DNA from: a virus
Taxonomy: Duplodnaviria; Caudoviricetes
Direction: 5' to 3' (one strand)
DNA length: 56,738 nucleotides
IMG/VR virus record: IMGVR_UViG_3300020733_000003
Location: 1 to 56,738 of that record
This document shows, one piece after another, positions 43,496-53,453 of the stretch; position 1 is the first letter of the stretch; each line of letters starts with the position of its first letter. A program made the translations under genes and the position numbers. Below the pieces are notes generated by a model that saw only the letters and a list, made by a program, of their open reading frames with translations, did not search any database and was not told the origin of the DNA.

Positions 43496-44613
43496 TGCCA
43501 GAAAACGGTGTTTATAATTCAGCTACACAAACCTTTGTTTCGGGATCTGAGGTTCCACTCCAGACTGATGTTAACGGGAACCTCAAGGTTTCCCTCACTG
43601 GTAGCTCAGGTACAAGTAACGTTTCCATCGTCAGCCCTGTCGATGGATCGGGCTATGTAAATGTCGACGTTCAAACTTCGGCACTGCCAACAGGGGCGGC
43701 TACGTCGGCAAATCAGACCAACGGCACACAGCAGGCAAAGATTGCTGACGGAACGAATGTTGCTGGCCCGTTACTTATAGGTGACGTTAACTCTCTTCCT
43801 ATAAGCCAAAATGCAAAAGAGTCTACATACACTTTGACGGGAAGTCCAAACGCCGGGGTAGTAATTGGACCCGGAACATCTGGCTCAATGACGTCAATTG
43901 ATACACTGGGATATACCAGTGTATCAATCCAAGTTATTACGTTTGGGACGGGAGTCACTTCTCTTAGCTATCAAGAGTCAGGCAATAATTCCGCATTCGT
44001 TACTCAGGGGGTTTACCCATGGTCTGGGACGGGCAGTGCTGGAACCATCGCTGGAACTATTAACTCGACTACAACTATTTACACGACGGACCTCCGCAGT
44101 AGATATATCCAATTAATTACAGGGCAGAATCAAACAGGAGGACAAACGCAGGTTGTTGTAACGCTTCGTACCTCATCCATGGCTCGGGGTTCGGTGATGA
44201 CGATCGCTGGATTAGTGGCCGTCCTTGCCAATGCCGCCTCGACTGGCACCGCCCTTGCGTCAGCCGCCCGAACCGCAACCACGACATCAGCCGCGATTAC
44301 GAACAACAACTTCACGAAACTTCGTGTTTACATCAACGTGACCGCCGCATCTGGAACGGGAGGCCTTCAGCTTCAATTGCTTGCAAAGGATCCGGTAACT
44401 GCCGCTTACAATGCCATGCACTCAGCCCAGCCAGCGGCCCCGATTACGGCAATCGGAGAGTATTACTTCGATTACACCCCGGCCGCGGTAGCCGCAATCG
44501 GAGGAGCTTCAGCGGCCTTCAGTATCTTCCCGCCGTCATCCCTCGAGACAAAGATTGTGCATGGAGATGCCTCGAGCTACACGTACTCAGTCGGATACGA
44601 GTTAATCAACTAA
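43495..44613 (+). CDS. Putative tail fibre/spike or receptor-binding protein
   Basis: LQTDVNGNLKV and LPTGAATSANQT fibre-like motifs; two beta-sandwich-like domains. Confidence 0.6.
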   Translation: MPENGVYNSATQTFVSGSEVPLQTDVNGNLKVSLTGSSGTSNVSIVSPVDGSGYVNVDVQTSALPTGAATSANQTNGTQQAKIADGTNVAGPLLIGDVNSLPISQNAKESTYTLTGSPNAGVVIGPGTSGSMTSIDTLGYTSVSIQVITFGTGVTSLSYQESGNNSAFVTQGVYPWSGTGSAGTIAGTINSTTTIYTTDLRSRYIQLITGQNQTGGQTQVVVTLRTSSMARGSVMTIAGLVAVLANAASTGTALASAARTATTTSAAITNNNFTKLRVYINVTAASGTGGLQLQLLAKDPVTAAYNAMHSAQPAAPITAIGEYYFDYTPAAVAAIGGASAAFSIFPPSSLETKIVHGDASSYTYSVGYELIN

Positions 44614-44623
44614 GGAGAACGAA

Positions 44624-44818
44624 ATGGCTAACCCAATCTTTCAGGACAATGATGAAGCAGGGAATATCCGTCGTCAATTGGAGCTGGTTGCGACCAACGA
44701 CACCACAGTAACGGTTAATGTGACCTATCCTGATCACCCTGACTATCCTGCTGAAGTGCAAACACCTACAATCGCCGCATGGAACGCAATCAAGGCGATA
44801 GCCGCTCAGATTCAGTGA
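44624..44818 (+). CDS. Hypothetical protein
   Basis: TAAGGAG SD. Confidence 0.7.
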   Translation: MANPIFQDNDEAGNIRRQLELVATNDTTVTVNVTYPDHPDYPAEVQTPTIAAWNAIKAIAAQIQ

Positions 44819-44823
44819 CCCTC

Positions 44824-45057
44824 ATGAAGAAATTTGCATCTCTCTTAATCGGCACTCTCGCTTGCATTTCGCTCTTGGGGACATCGTCGCCAAAACAAGT
44901 TGTTAATGTAAGGACAATTGAATACTACACTTCAGCCATTATGGATTCCGCGACAGTGCAGTCAAATACTCAAAGCACTTGGCAAATTGCCCCAAACTTA
45001 ACAGATATTGGCGGTGGTATTTGGGTTGACGGTAAACTTGTTGACCTGCCTCAGTAA
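44824..45057 (+). CDS. Small exported protein (start revised to MKKFASLL)
   Basis: Signal-peptide-like N-terminus. Confidence 0.55.
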   Translation: MKKFASLLIGTLACISLLGTSSPKQVVNVRTIEYYTSAIMDSATVQSNTQSTWQIAPNLTDIGGGIWVDGKLVDLPQ

Positions 45058-45071
45058 TAAAAGGAGAAATC

Positions 45072-45368
45072 ATGCAAACCAAAGCAACCCTTACAGTCAC
45101 TTCCCCTGAATTCCTCAACCCACTGGTTGTCGATATCCAAGAGAGCTTTTCAATCCCATTTGGTGCTGATCTAGTCATCACCGCTGATTCTCCAACTGGA
45201 ACGGACGTCGAGAACATTACGGCAAGCCTCAAGGTCGCAGGGATCGAGATCGTGAACAACAAGCTCATCGAGCAGTTTAAGATCGATCTTCCAACTCTCG
45301 TTGGTCACTTCATCTCCCAGATCATTGTCGGAGTTGACGCCAAGATTGTTCTTGAGATCAAGAGCTAA
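45072..45368 (+). CDS. Hypothetical protein
   Basis: AAGGAG SD; 98 aa. Confidence 0.75.
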   Translation: MQTKATLTVTSPEFLNPLVVDIQESFSIPFGADLVITADSPTGTDVENITASLKVAGIEIVNNKLIEQFKIDLPTLVGHFISQIIVGVDAKIVLEIKS

Positions 45369-45384
45369 TTCGTAGCCATACGAT

Positions 45385-45428
45385 AAAAGCCCCTGCGACT
45401 GCCTTAGAACAGCTACAGGGGCTTCTTT
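45385..45428. terminator. Bidirectional terminator between convergent modules
   Basis: AAAAGCCCCTG...CAGGGGCTTCTTT. Confidence 0.75.
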
Positions 45429-45441
45429 GTGTCTGAAGAGG

Positions 45442-45714
45442 CTAATTGATCAGGAGTGTCCCAGATTCAGTTCTAGGTGCCGATTCGCATAGCCTGACAA
45501 CTTCCTTTAACTCTTCGATGGTCATGTCGGCAAGCTTGATCTTGTGGCTCCTTATCCCAAGTTCTTTGGCCAGCCATCGGTAGGCTTTGCGCCTCGCGGC
45601 ATTTGACTCCAGTTCTTCTCCTGTTTGCCATAGGCTGTTGAAGAGTGCAAACGCTCGTCTCTTCAGCTTGCGTCGTTCGTTGATCATGTCTACTTTTCTC
45701 CTGCGATAAAGCAT
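45442..45714 (-). CDS. DUF3268-like C-terminal domain protein
   Basis: LKRRAF..F..LW...R.KAY.WLA.ELGI; no N-terminal zinc finger; the true start may be MINE. Confidence 0.6.
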   Translation of the reverse strand: MLYRRRKVDMINERRKLKRRAFALFNSLWQTGEELESNAARRKAYRWLAKELGIRSHKIKLADMTIEELKEVVRLCESAPRTESGTLLIN

Positions 45715-46412
45715 GGCCGTCCAGTGGCTTCCTCAACTCTGCGCTTAAAGTTGTCAGCGTTTGAGTTGCCATCGGAAAGATGAAGGAGATGGACCTCCTC
45801 CGTCTTGGATAGGTCGTTGCTCGATAGGATCTTGAGTGCGGTGTTGATCGACATATGGGAATCGAAGACACGCTTGGCGACGATCGGGTCGAGTTTATGA
45901 TTTGCAATGTTCCGCTTGACTATTTCTGGGTCATAGTTTGCTTCAATGGCAAAGATGGTGATCCCCTCGATGCCCGAATAGTCAAAGTAGACGGCGTCCG
46001 TCAGGTAGAGAAGTCTGCCACCGTTGTTGCTGTCGATGACGAAGCCCATGGTCCCGCTGACGTTGCGATCATGCCTGACCTCAAACGGCATCACTTTGAA
46101 TGGCCCAACCTGAACTTGCTCCTCATGATTCAAAAGTCTCACTCGGTGGTGGCCCATGACTTGAAGAGTCCTTGCGGTCTCCTCGCTCGCGTAGCATTCA
46201 ACCCCAGAATCCATGAGCCTCTTGGCTGACTTGCCGTGGTCGCCGTGAGCATGGCTGATCAGACAACCAGCAAGCTTTGTCAGTCTAAACCCGGAAGCGA
46301 TCTGCATTTCCTTGATGCTGACTCCAGCCTCGATTGCGAGGAACTCCTCACCGTTGGTGACGGTGTAGAAGTTCCCCTTAGATCCCGAGTGATGGGGGTC
46401 GAATCTCAGCAT
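45690..46412 (-). CDS. Metallo-beta-lactamase-fold hydrolase (YycJ-like nuclease)
   Basis: SGSKGN, SHAHGDH, HD, TD, EANY, HMS and LLHLS. Confidence 0.9.
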   Translation of the reverse strand: MLRFDPHHSGSKGNFYTVTNGEEFLAIEAGVSIKEMQIASGFRLTKLAGCLISHAHGDHGKSAKRLMDSGVECYASEETARTLQVMGHHRVRLLNHEEQVQVGPFKVMPFEVRHDRNVSGTMGFVIDSNNGGRLLYLTDAVYFDYSGIEGITIFAIEANYDPEIVKRNIANHKLDPIVAKRVFDSHMSINTALKILSSNDLSKTEEVHLLHLSDGNSNADNFKRRVEEATGRPCFIAGEK

Positions 46413-47437
46413 CAGAAGTCCTCTTCCTCCTGAGTCTGCTCGATAACCTCTCCAGTTTCCTGATCGGCAGTCGACGTCTGCTCCTCTGGCTCCTGAGTTG
46501 GAGGATCCAGCGCAAGCTGTTTCTTCCCAGCGTTCTGATTGATCTCCTCGACCACGTCTGCTTCGATAGCCTCGACGTCAGCGTGTTCCAGCGCAACCAA
46601 GCTTGCGGCATTGACCTTTGCAGGGTCGAGGGGGATGGTCGACGCGACTCGGAGGACGACGGTCTTGTACATCATCTCCTGTCGGAACTTCTCGTCGTAC
46701 TCGGTGCCAGCCTTCTTCCCGTTCTGGTAGACCGTCTGCTCACCACCCCAGAACTCGACACCCTTGGATGCCTTCATCGCCTTCTCAAACTCCCGATACT
46801 GCACGATCACAACCCGGTTCTTCTTGGGATCGGCATACTGAATGTAGCCAAAACCTCCGATGACGGCTCCGGGTTTGAATGGGTTAGTCTGCTTGTAGCT
46901 GTACCACTCGATGCCATCGTCGTTCGTACCGTAGTCAAACTGATCCGTCTCAAAGACAAGCTTGTAGATGACCTTGAGTGGCTCCTCTGAGGCAAACTTG
47001 CGGCGACAGTGATCGACACCCATGTAGCCGATTCGGATATCGAGGTCGTACTTCTGGGTCCGCTTGTTCAGGTAGGGGATGACGTGCAGGTGGTTGGCGA
47101 TTGCGGCGTCCAAGTGCAGGCTAACACGGTTGACAGCATCCAAGGCCAACTTCTCCATGTTGGCGTTTGCCCATGTGATGGCTGGGTTGCCCTTAGTGTA
47201 GTCGTTCCCTGCCCGTTTGATCTCGGCGGCTTGCAGTGCGGCGTCGATCTTGACGTACAGGTGCTGGGCCATTGTCTTTTGCATATCGGACCAATTGACA
47301 CGGGTGCCAAGCTCTGCCTTGAATTGGCGCTCGACCTTGTTGGCAAAGGATAGCGAAGGAGTGATGTCGTTGGTCGCCTTGGCAATGCTTGTGTCGCTTG
47401 CCTTAACGGGTGCCATTTTGTTATTGTTCGTAGCCAT
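46412..47437 (-). CDS. RecT/Redbeta-like single-strand annealing protein
   Basis: HVIPY, IGYMG, LVFETDQF, GAVIGGFGYI and EMMYKTV; acidic tail; context. Confidence 0.75.
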   Translation of the reverse strand: MATNNNKMAPVKASDTSIAKATNDITPSLSFANKVERQFKAELGTRVNWSDMQKTMAQHLYVKIDAALQAAEIKRAGNDYTKGNPAITWANANMEKLALDAVNRVSLHLDAAIANHLHVIPYLNKRTQKYDLDIRIGYMGVDHCRRKFASEEPLKVIYKLVFETDQFDYGTNDDGIEWYSYKQTNPFKPGAVIGGFGYIQYADPKKNRVVIVQYREFEKAMKASKGVEFWGGEQTVYQNGKKAGTEYDEKFRQEMMYKTVVLRVASTIPLDPAKVNAASLVALEHADVEAIEADVVEEINQNAGKKQLALDPPTQEPEEQTSTADQETGEVIEQTQEEEDF

Positions 47438-47485
47438 TGTTTTATCCTTGCCCCTGCTTAACGGGAGGGGCCACCGTGGTCGTAA

Positions 47486-49504
47486 TTAAAACTCGTCGAA
47501 TTCGTCAAACCCTGCCTGTGGCGGTGACTCGACGACGATTGATGGCTCAGTGGCCGTGGTCGACACTGTTGGCTTACCCTCGTATTCAAACCGAAGAACC
47601 TTGTCAGCCTCGGAGACAACAAGCCGAATTTGCTGGCCAGATGTCGGGAGAACCTTGGTTACCGATTCAGCGCCGTCGATAATGATTGGAGGAGTGAACC
47701 CATAAGCTCTGCTCAGGGTGTTGATGATGTCGAGTCCGGCGTTAACACAGGCCGCATGGTTGAGACCTCCGTCGAACGGAACTCCGTTTACTGTCGCTAC
47801 ACAGCAGGGAGCGATGCCTCCGTTGATCTGGGTTTCAAAGAGTCGGAATTCCACGATCTGGAACATGGAATTGACCTTATCGGTGACCATGTCGCAGTGA
47901 GTCTTGATGAAGAGATCAAGCAGATAAAGGTAGTGCTCAGTCGACTCGTAGGCCGATGCAAGTTCCTGTTCCTTGGCTTCCAGTTCAGCGATGCGCTGGA
48001 GTTGAACCTCATTGGTTTGTCGAGTCTGCTCGATCCCCAAGGCATAGGCCAGTGCATCGTTTGCAGTGCTGATCTTCTGATCAGCCTCGGCAACCGCAGT
48101 GTTTAAGGATTCCTTAACTGCTCGGCCCTCAGCGACGATCTCTTCGATCTGTTTGACTAGCTTCTTCCATTTTGGGCTGTCCTCTGGCTTTGGAGCCTCA
48201 TCCAGCGCAGGCATGATGAAAGACCCAACCGCATTCGATGCAATAGAAAGGACGGCCTTGGCCGATTCTAACTGCTGTTCCAGATCCTCCAACGCCGCCT
48301 CCTCTTCCTTGATCTTGCTGGCGGGGCAGACTTGCTTCCCAAGGTTGACCAACGCAGTTCGCTTCGCCGCTTGGCTTGCGTTGTGCTTGGACCGGATCTC
48401 TTCGATCACATCCTCTGGGATCGACTGCTTGCAGGTTGGGCAGATCGAGTCGACCTTAAAATCCTCGGCATCGATCTTAGCAAGGTCAGCCTTGATCTCA
48501 TCTCGTTTTGCCTTGAGCGTTGCGAGGTTAGTCTTGACCCGACTGATCGAGTTACTAATTGTCGTGACGGCATTCTGTGCCTTGCTTTCCTCAACCTGAA
48601 GTTCGCTCAGTTTAAGTTGTGCATCTCGGATCAGGCTGGTGTCGATACTGGAGTTGATATCGTTCTCGATCTTCAGTTTCTGCGCCTCAAGCTCCATCTT
48701 CTTAGCGCGAAGCTCGACCAACTTTGACCCGTTGGTCAGCGATGCCTTTTCCGCTTGGGCCTTCTCAACGTTGGACTTTAGTAGTTCGATGTTAGGCTTT
48801 GCTGTCGGGACATCCTTGACCGCAAGTCTCGCCTCATTGATGCGGACGGGGATCGCTTGGATTTCTCGGTTGATCTCTGGCCTTCGGTTGGCAAGAATCT
48901 TTCGGTACTCCTCAACTGTGTGGCCTTCAAGGATCTGTGTCAATGGAGCAAGCTCAGAGTTTGCGGCAATGACGTCTGCCTCGGATACGTCGCCAGCCAG
49001 CTTGAGCAGTTGCGCTCGTCGGTCCTGCCACTTCATGACTTGGTTGAAGTGCATTGGGTTGGTTAGGACTCTGAAGGTCGACTCTGGGCCTAGGCCATCG
49101 ATGTACTTGCCGAAGTCGCCAACAGAATTCGGAACTCCGTTGATGAAGCAGTCAGTGGTGTGGCCCGTGAACTCCGAGGTGATCGATCCTCGCTTCTTTG
49201 TCCAGATTTCCTTGAAGACTTTCTTGAGCGTGACCTGCTTGCCGCCAACCAAGAGGAGTGCGGCCTCGACCGAATGCTCGAGATTGTGGATGACTTCCTT
49301 TGTCTCTGGATCGATGGTCTTGATATCGTCACCCATCGTGCGGCCTTGGGAATCCTTGCCGAACAGGAGCCAAGAGAAAGCATCAGCGATGGTGGTCTTC
49401 CCAACTCCATTGTCTGCATAGACAGACATATTGGAGGCGTTAGGGTTGATGGCCACGTCTCTAGCGGCCTTGAAGTTGACGAGATGCAATTTAATGAGTT
49501 TCAT
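47486..49504 (-). CDS. SbcC/Rad50-like ATPase (start revised to MKLIKL)
   Basis: L.NFK, Walker A ADNGVGKTT, coiled coil with a CPTC zinc hook, signature LNHA, Walker B IIIDGAES. Confidence 0.88.
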   Translation of the reverse strand: MKLIKLHLVNFKAARDVAINPNASNMSVYADNGVGKTTIADAFSWLLFGKDSQGRTMGDDIKTIDPETKEVIHNLEHSVEAALLLVGGKQVTLKKVFKEIWTKKRGSITSEFTGHTTDCFINGVPNSVGDFGKYIDGLGPESTFRVLTNPMHFNQVMKWQDRRAQLLKLAGDVSEADVIAANSELAPLTQILEGHTVEEYRKILANRRPEINREIQAIPVRINEARLAVKDVPTAKPNIELLKSNVEKAQAEKASLTNGSKLVELRAKKMELEAQKLKIENDINSSIDTSLIRDAQLKLSELQVEESKAQNAVTTISNSISRVKTNLATLKAKRDEIKADLAKIDAEDFKVDSICPTCKQSIPEDVIEEIRSKHNASQAAKRTALVNLGKQVCPASKIKEEEAALEDLEQQLESAKAVLSIASNAVGSFIMPALDEAPKPEDSPKWKKLVKQIEEIVAEGRAVKESLNTAVAEADQKISTANDALAYALGIEQTRQTNEVQLQRIAELEAKEQELASAYESTEHYLYLLDLFIKTHCDMVTDKVNSMFQIVEFRLFETQINGGIAPCCVATVNGVPFDGGLNHAACVNAGLDIINTLSRAYGFTPPIIIDGAESVTKVLPTSGQQIRLVVSEADKVLRFEYEGKPTVSTTATEPSIVVESPPQAGFDEFDEF

Positions 49505-49611
49505 AAGTCTCCCCCGATCTGGTCGGATCGGCCCGGATTCCCTTCCGGTTAGGTAGCTCATTATACACAATTCGCAAAGAAATGTGCTAGATCGTTATAA
49601 TTCGTTAGAAA

Positions 49612-49622
49612 TCGGTTACAAT
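49612..49622 (+). promoter_or_regulatory. Shared promoter motif TCGGTTACAAT heading the replication operon
   Basis: Identical to 13333-13343; 9 nt before ATG at 49632. Confidence 0.55.
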
Positions 49623-49631
49623 TAACGTGCC

Positions 49632-49811
49632 ATGAACAAAAAGAGGCCCGGAATAAAGGCGGTGTACACAGATGAGCTTGCGGAGCAGGCTTACAACTTG
49701 TACTTCACTCGAAACTTTTCACGCACTTTCGCTGGCGCAGTTCTCAAGCTCAAGCCATCGACGGTGGTCTACCTTGCCAGACGGCACCAGAGGACATTAG
49801 CTAATGCCTGA
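49632..49811 (+). CDS. Small HTH-like regulator (59 aa, not in ORF track)
   Basis: MNKKRPG...AYNLYF..NFSRTFAGAVLKLKPSTVVYLARRH. Confidence 0.6.
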   Translation: MNKKRPGIKAVYTDELAEQAYNLYFTRNFSRTFAGAVLKLKPSTVVYLARRHQRTLANA

Positions 49812-50382
49812 CGTGCAGTTAGAGATCGGCCTTGGCATGGAAGATGAGGATCCATTTGCATCAATTGGCAAACCTTTTGAGGTGAGCAATAAGAAAGCAC
49901 TTGAGCCTACCATTGTCAAGTCGGAAGAACTTCTGGACTGCTACCTAACGGAGCCGAAGCAGAAGGTTAAGATGGTCAAGGACAGTAACCAGTTCAAGCG
50001 GTCGATGAAGGACATCAACTTGATCTTTCCCGGCTGGTACTGGAAGACGGAACATTACACCACCCTGCATGGTGGAATGCAGATTAAGCGAGACTACGGC
50101 GGCTTTGCCGACATCGTTGGAGTTTCCAGCGGGAAGCACATTGCCGTTCAAATCACAACCTTGGATCAGGTTGGACCCCACATTCGCAAATACGTGTCGG
50201 ACGCCAAGTCTGGAGGCTTTGGTGACACAACGATTGAAGTGAACCTTCGATCTTACTTGCAGAACGGTGGAACCTTTGTGATCCTTGGCTACTACAAGGA
50301 AGGCGCACGTTGGGCGCACAAGGTCACCTACGTGACTGAAGAAACGTTGGATGCGGCAGTGAGCCGCAAGAGGAGAAAATGA
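49804..50382 (+). CDS. PD-(D/E)xK-like endonuclease (possible resolvase)
   Basis: KTE...RDYGGFADIVGV...IAVQIT. Confidence 0.65.
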   Translation: MPDVQLEIGLGMEDEDPFASIGKPFEVSNKKALEPTIVKSEELLDCYLTEPKQKVKMVKDSNQFKRSMKDINLIFPGWYWKTEHYTTLHGGMQIKRDYGGFADIVGVSSGKHIAVQITTLDQVGPHIRKYVSDAKSGGFGDTTIEVNLRSYLQNGGTFVILGYYKEGARWAHKVTYVTEETLDAAVSRKRRK

Positions 50383-50663
50383 GCAATGACAGACGAAAAC
50401 GAGGCCCAAAGGCTTCAGAGGATCAAGGACCAACGCCAGAGGTCGAACAAATTTTTGGCGTTCAAGAAGGTCAGGAAGATAGAGATGGAGATGAACCTAT
50501 CCCAACCTTTGATGATCTCAGGGTTGGCGACTCGACCCCGATCGGGATCGTCCAAGAGATCGCGCATAAAGGCTCACCGAAGGAGATTGGGCCGCTGACC
50601 AACCGCAAGAAGTGGTACAACGCCGAAGCTTATCGGCAGGCTTGTGAGGAGAGTAAAGAATGA
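50379..50663 (+). CDS. Hypothetical protein
   Basis: AGGAG SD; ATGA coupling. Confidence 0.7.
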   Translation: MSNDRRKRGPKASEDQGPTPEVEQIFGVQEGQEDRDGDEPIPTFDDLRVGDSTPIGIVQEIAHKGSPKEIGPLTNRKKWYNAEAYRQACEESKE

Positions 50664-51007
50664 AAACAAAGACGGTGGACGTCCCGGCATTGGATCTGGA
50701 TTTTGGGCCAGATCAGGAAGGCGATGTTCGCATCGCTCGGGAGGATTCGCGCAACTTCGTCGTGCAACGATTGACCAAGATCGAGTCAAAGGACAAGGAC
50801 CGAAAGCCCACCGGAGAGTTTCGGCTTGAGTGGGTGACCGCTGGCTACTATGGAGAGAGACCAGAGGCATTGATTGCGGCGGCTAGAGGAGCCATAGCGA
50901 TGGGTGCAACTGGCAACTCGGCCAAAGACCTGATCGACACTATCCAGCGCACAGAAAAGCGTGTACTTGCCGACATCGCCAAATTGCTTGGCAAGGAATC
51001 GAAATGA
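50660..51007 (+). CDS. Hypothetical protein
   Basis: GAGGAG SD; D.RNFVVQ...W..AGYY. Confidence 0.75.
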   Translation: MKTKTVDVPALDLDFGPDQEGDVRIAREDSRNFVVQRLTKIESKDKDRKPTGEFRLEWVTAGYYGERPEALIAAARGAIAMGATGNSAKDLIDTIQRTEKRVLADIAKLLGKESK

Positions 51008-51456
51008 TTGGAGACACGAACACTGCGGAGATGAGCTACATGAAGGAAGCCGCCGCCCACTTCGAGATGGCCGAGTCCATCATCGTCGATAGCGTGGTAA
51101 GCGCCTGCGCCAAGGAAGGCTTCCCGGCGACGGATCACCACATCGGAAGGGCGTTGCTTGACGTCTACGGCCATCTTTCGGCGGTGGTGGCAGTCAGGAG
51201 GAATATTTCCGTTGCCCTAGCCTGTGCTGTCACGGCAGAGGCTCCCGGTACTGCCAAGGAGATGGTTGGAACAACTGCTTACATTGTTGGCCCAAAGCAT
51301 GAGATCCTCGGCGCTATCGTCGGCCTTATCCTCGAGGCGTACACTTGCGACAAGGAAGAACCACCGAAGGACATTCAAGAGGCAGTCGACTACTTTGTCA
51401 ACGAAATCTTGATAGCAGGACTATTCACTCCCGTTGACAACGGATCAGATCAGTAG
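51004..51456 (+). CDS. Hypothetical protein
   Basis: 150 aa; ATGA coupling. Confidence 0.7.
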   Translation: MIGDTNTAEMSYMKEAAAHFEMAESIIVDSVVSACAKEGFPATDHHIGRALLDVYGHLSAVVAVRRNISVALACAVTAEAPGTAKEMVGTTAYIVGPKHEILGAIVGLILEAYTCDKEEPPKDIQEAVDYFVNEILIAGLFTPVDNGSDQ

Positions 51457-51462
51457 TAACAT
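51434..51462 (+). promoter_or_regulatory. sigma70-type promoter upstream of the primase leader
   Basis: TTGACA-17 bp-TAACAT. Confidence 0.7.
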
Positions 51463-51468
51463 GGGTTC

Positions 51469-51646
51469 GCCGTCTTAACCCCCACCAAAAGACGGCCCCG
51501 ACTGGAATCGGGCAGAACAAGAAAAGGAGAACGACAATTTTTACCTCACAATCACTTAACCCTCTCGGCGGCAGGAGGCTATCGCAAGGCGTACCGTCTC
51601 CGCGCCATTCCAGTTGCTGTGGCCCCTGCCACCGAGGGGATAGGGT
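51469..51646 (+). ncRNA. Structured leader with internal antisense complementarity (C4/CI-like switch candidate)
   Basis: Two 5' hairpins; ACTGGAAT (51501-51508) is complementary to ATTCCAGT (51607-51614); a long stem covers the G-rich sequence before the ATG. Confidence 0.6.
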
Positions 51647-51652
51647 GCAAAG

Positions 51653-53428
51653 ATGACCCTAGACGATTTTGCCTCCAGAATAGAGAAGGCCAAGCCAAAG
51701 TCGTGGCCACAGGGTAGTGGCTACACAGGGCGATGCCCGTCGTGCCAGTCGAGAGGCGAGGACAAGTCCTGCACCAATTTCCGTGTTCTCGAGAATGATG
51801 GCTGGCTGAAGGTCAAGTGCCTAAAGGGATGCTCCGAGGAGCAGATCATGTCATCGATGGGATTGGCCGAGAAAGACCGATGCGTCAACCCAAGACCAGT
51901 ATCTGCGGCCACCCAAGAGAAACCGAAGGATACTGCCCCCGTCGTCTACACGTATACCGATGCCAACGGGAAGTACCTCTTTGAGAAGCGGCGCGGCGTC
52001 AAACCCGACGGCGCTAAGAAGTTCTTCCAAACAACCAACGATCCAAAGGTCAAGGGCGTCTCGCATCTTGGGGATCAGGCAAAGACTCTCTACAACCTCC
52101 CTGCCGTCCTGAAGGGCGTAGCGGACGGTCAGATGGTCTACATCAACGAGGGCGAGAAGGCTTGTCAAATGTTCTCCAAGCTTGGTTTGATCTCTACCTG
52201 CCAGCCAGCAGGGGCTGGCCCCGGCAAGTGGCTTCCACAGCACACGGCGATCTTCAAAGGGGCATACGTGACCATCGTTGCCGACAGAGATCAGACGGGT
52301 GAGGATTACGCCAGAGAGGTCTGCATCGAGCTTCGCTCGGTGTGTCGATCCGTCCGCATCGTGCAGTCTGCCACGATTAACGCCAAGGACGATGCCTATG
52401 ATCATTTTAAGGCTGGCTTTAGACCAGAGCAGTTTGTCGAGCGCCCGGACCTCATGCCCAAGCGTGGGCTTACGGTCAATCCGATTGAGACCTACCAGAT
52501 CGAAAACCCACAGTTCCTGATCGGGACTCACATCAGGCTGGCACAGATGAATCTACTGGATGCCGAGGGTGCCGCAGGAAAGACCACTGTCGCCCTTGCG
52601 ATTGCGGCGGCGGGATCAAACGGTTGGGATCCTGTCTACAAGAAGAAGACCACTCCGTTCAAGACTCTGTACTTTGGCGACGAGGACTCCGGTGGAGACA
52701 TTCGGTTTATCTATGAGTCGCTCGGCGGCAAGCCCGGATTCTTGATGGACTACCGCGATGCATTTCCCCTTTCCGGTAACGCTTTTCAGTTACTGAAGGA
52801 AACCATCGAAGCGCATGACATCAAGTTTGTCGTCTTCGATGCACTAGCCTACTACCTCCCCGTCAAGGATCTTAACAATGCCGTCGAGCTTGTCAAGCCC
52901 CTCCAAGCACTCAGGGCAGTGGCGATGGAGACGGGCGCGGCAATCCTAAACCTACGACATATCGGTAAGGGTAAGGACGGCAAGCCCATCTCGGAAATGG
53001 GTATCGGATCAGTCCAAATACGAAACAGCCACAGGTCACAGCTTGTCATGCTGAAGCACCCCGACAAGGAAAAGAAGTACGTCAGGGTGATTACTCATGA
53101 GAAGGGATCGATCCGTGTTGAGATGGGCGACCCTTTCGGGTGGGCCTACGAGGACGGAAGATTTACGTGGGTTGACATCGACCCGGCAGAGCTTGATAGC
53201 TCTATTCAGACCAAGGGAGGCAAGGTTGGAGACTGCGAGAAGTGGCTCCGGGCCAACCTGACTGGTCGATTCGCTCAGGTTACGGAGTTCACATCGATCC
53301 TCCGAGACCTTGGCTTTACCGAAAGCACGATCAAGAGGGCAAGGGCCAACGTCGATGTGAAGTGCGTGAAGGACGGGCAGGGCAGATGGTTGGCGACGAT
53401 CGAAAAGCCAGATCCATTTGCGGACTAG
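51653..53428 (+). CDS. DNA primase-helicase (Zn-binding, TOPRIM and RepA/AAA_25-like helicase domains)
   Basis: CPSC...C..GC, YINEGEK, ADRD..G, KDDAYD, Walker A AEGAAGKTT, Walker B VVFDAL, and LRH..K. Confidence 0.9.
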   Translation: MTLDDFASRIEKAKPKSWPQGSGYTGRCPSCQSRGEDKSCTNFRVLENDGWLKVKCLKGCSEEQIMSSMGLAEKDRCVNPRPVSAATQEKPKDTAPVVYTYTDANGKYLFEKRRGVKPDGAKKFFQTTNDPKVKGVSHLGDQAKTLYNLPAVLKGVADGQMVYINEGEKACQMFSKLGLISTCQPAGAGPGKWLPQHTAIFKGAYVTIVADRDQTGEDYAREVCIELRSVCRSVRIVQSATINAKDDAYDHFKAGFRPEQFVERPDLMPKRGLTVNPIETYQIENPQFLIGTHIRLAQMNLLDAEGAAGKTTVALAIAAAGSNGWDPVYKKKTTPFKTLYFGDEDSGGDIRFIYESLGGKPGFLMDYRDAFPLSGNAFQLLKETIEAHDIKFVVFDALAYYLPVKDLNNAVELVKPLQALRAVAMETGAAILNLRHIGKGKDGKPISEMGIGSVQIRNSHRSQLVMLKHPDKEKKYVRVITHEKGSIRVEMGDPFGWAYEDGRFTWVDIDPAELDSSIQTKGGKVGDCEKWLRANLTGRFAQVTEFTSILRDLGFTESTIKRARANVDVKCVKDGQGRWLATIEKPDPFAD

Positions 53429-53453
53429 GAGGAAGGGATGAGTAGGGATAAAT

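Noticed and set aside
48099-49421. Long + strand ORFs (48099..48599, 48639..49421) and similar antisense ORFs opposite portal and capsid
   Set aside because: Antisense shadows of strongly supported genes, with no motifs or SD.
45442-53428. Integrase, DNA polymerase or CI-type lysogeny module
   Set aside because: No tyrosine or serine recombinase, polymerase or S24 peptidase motifs were recognised anywhere in the window.
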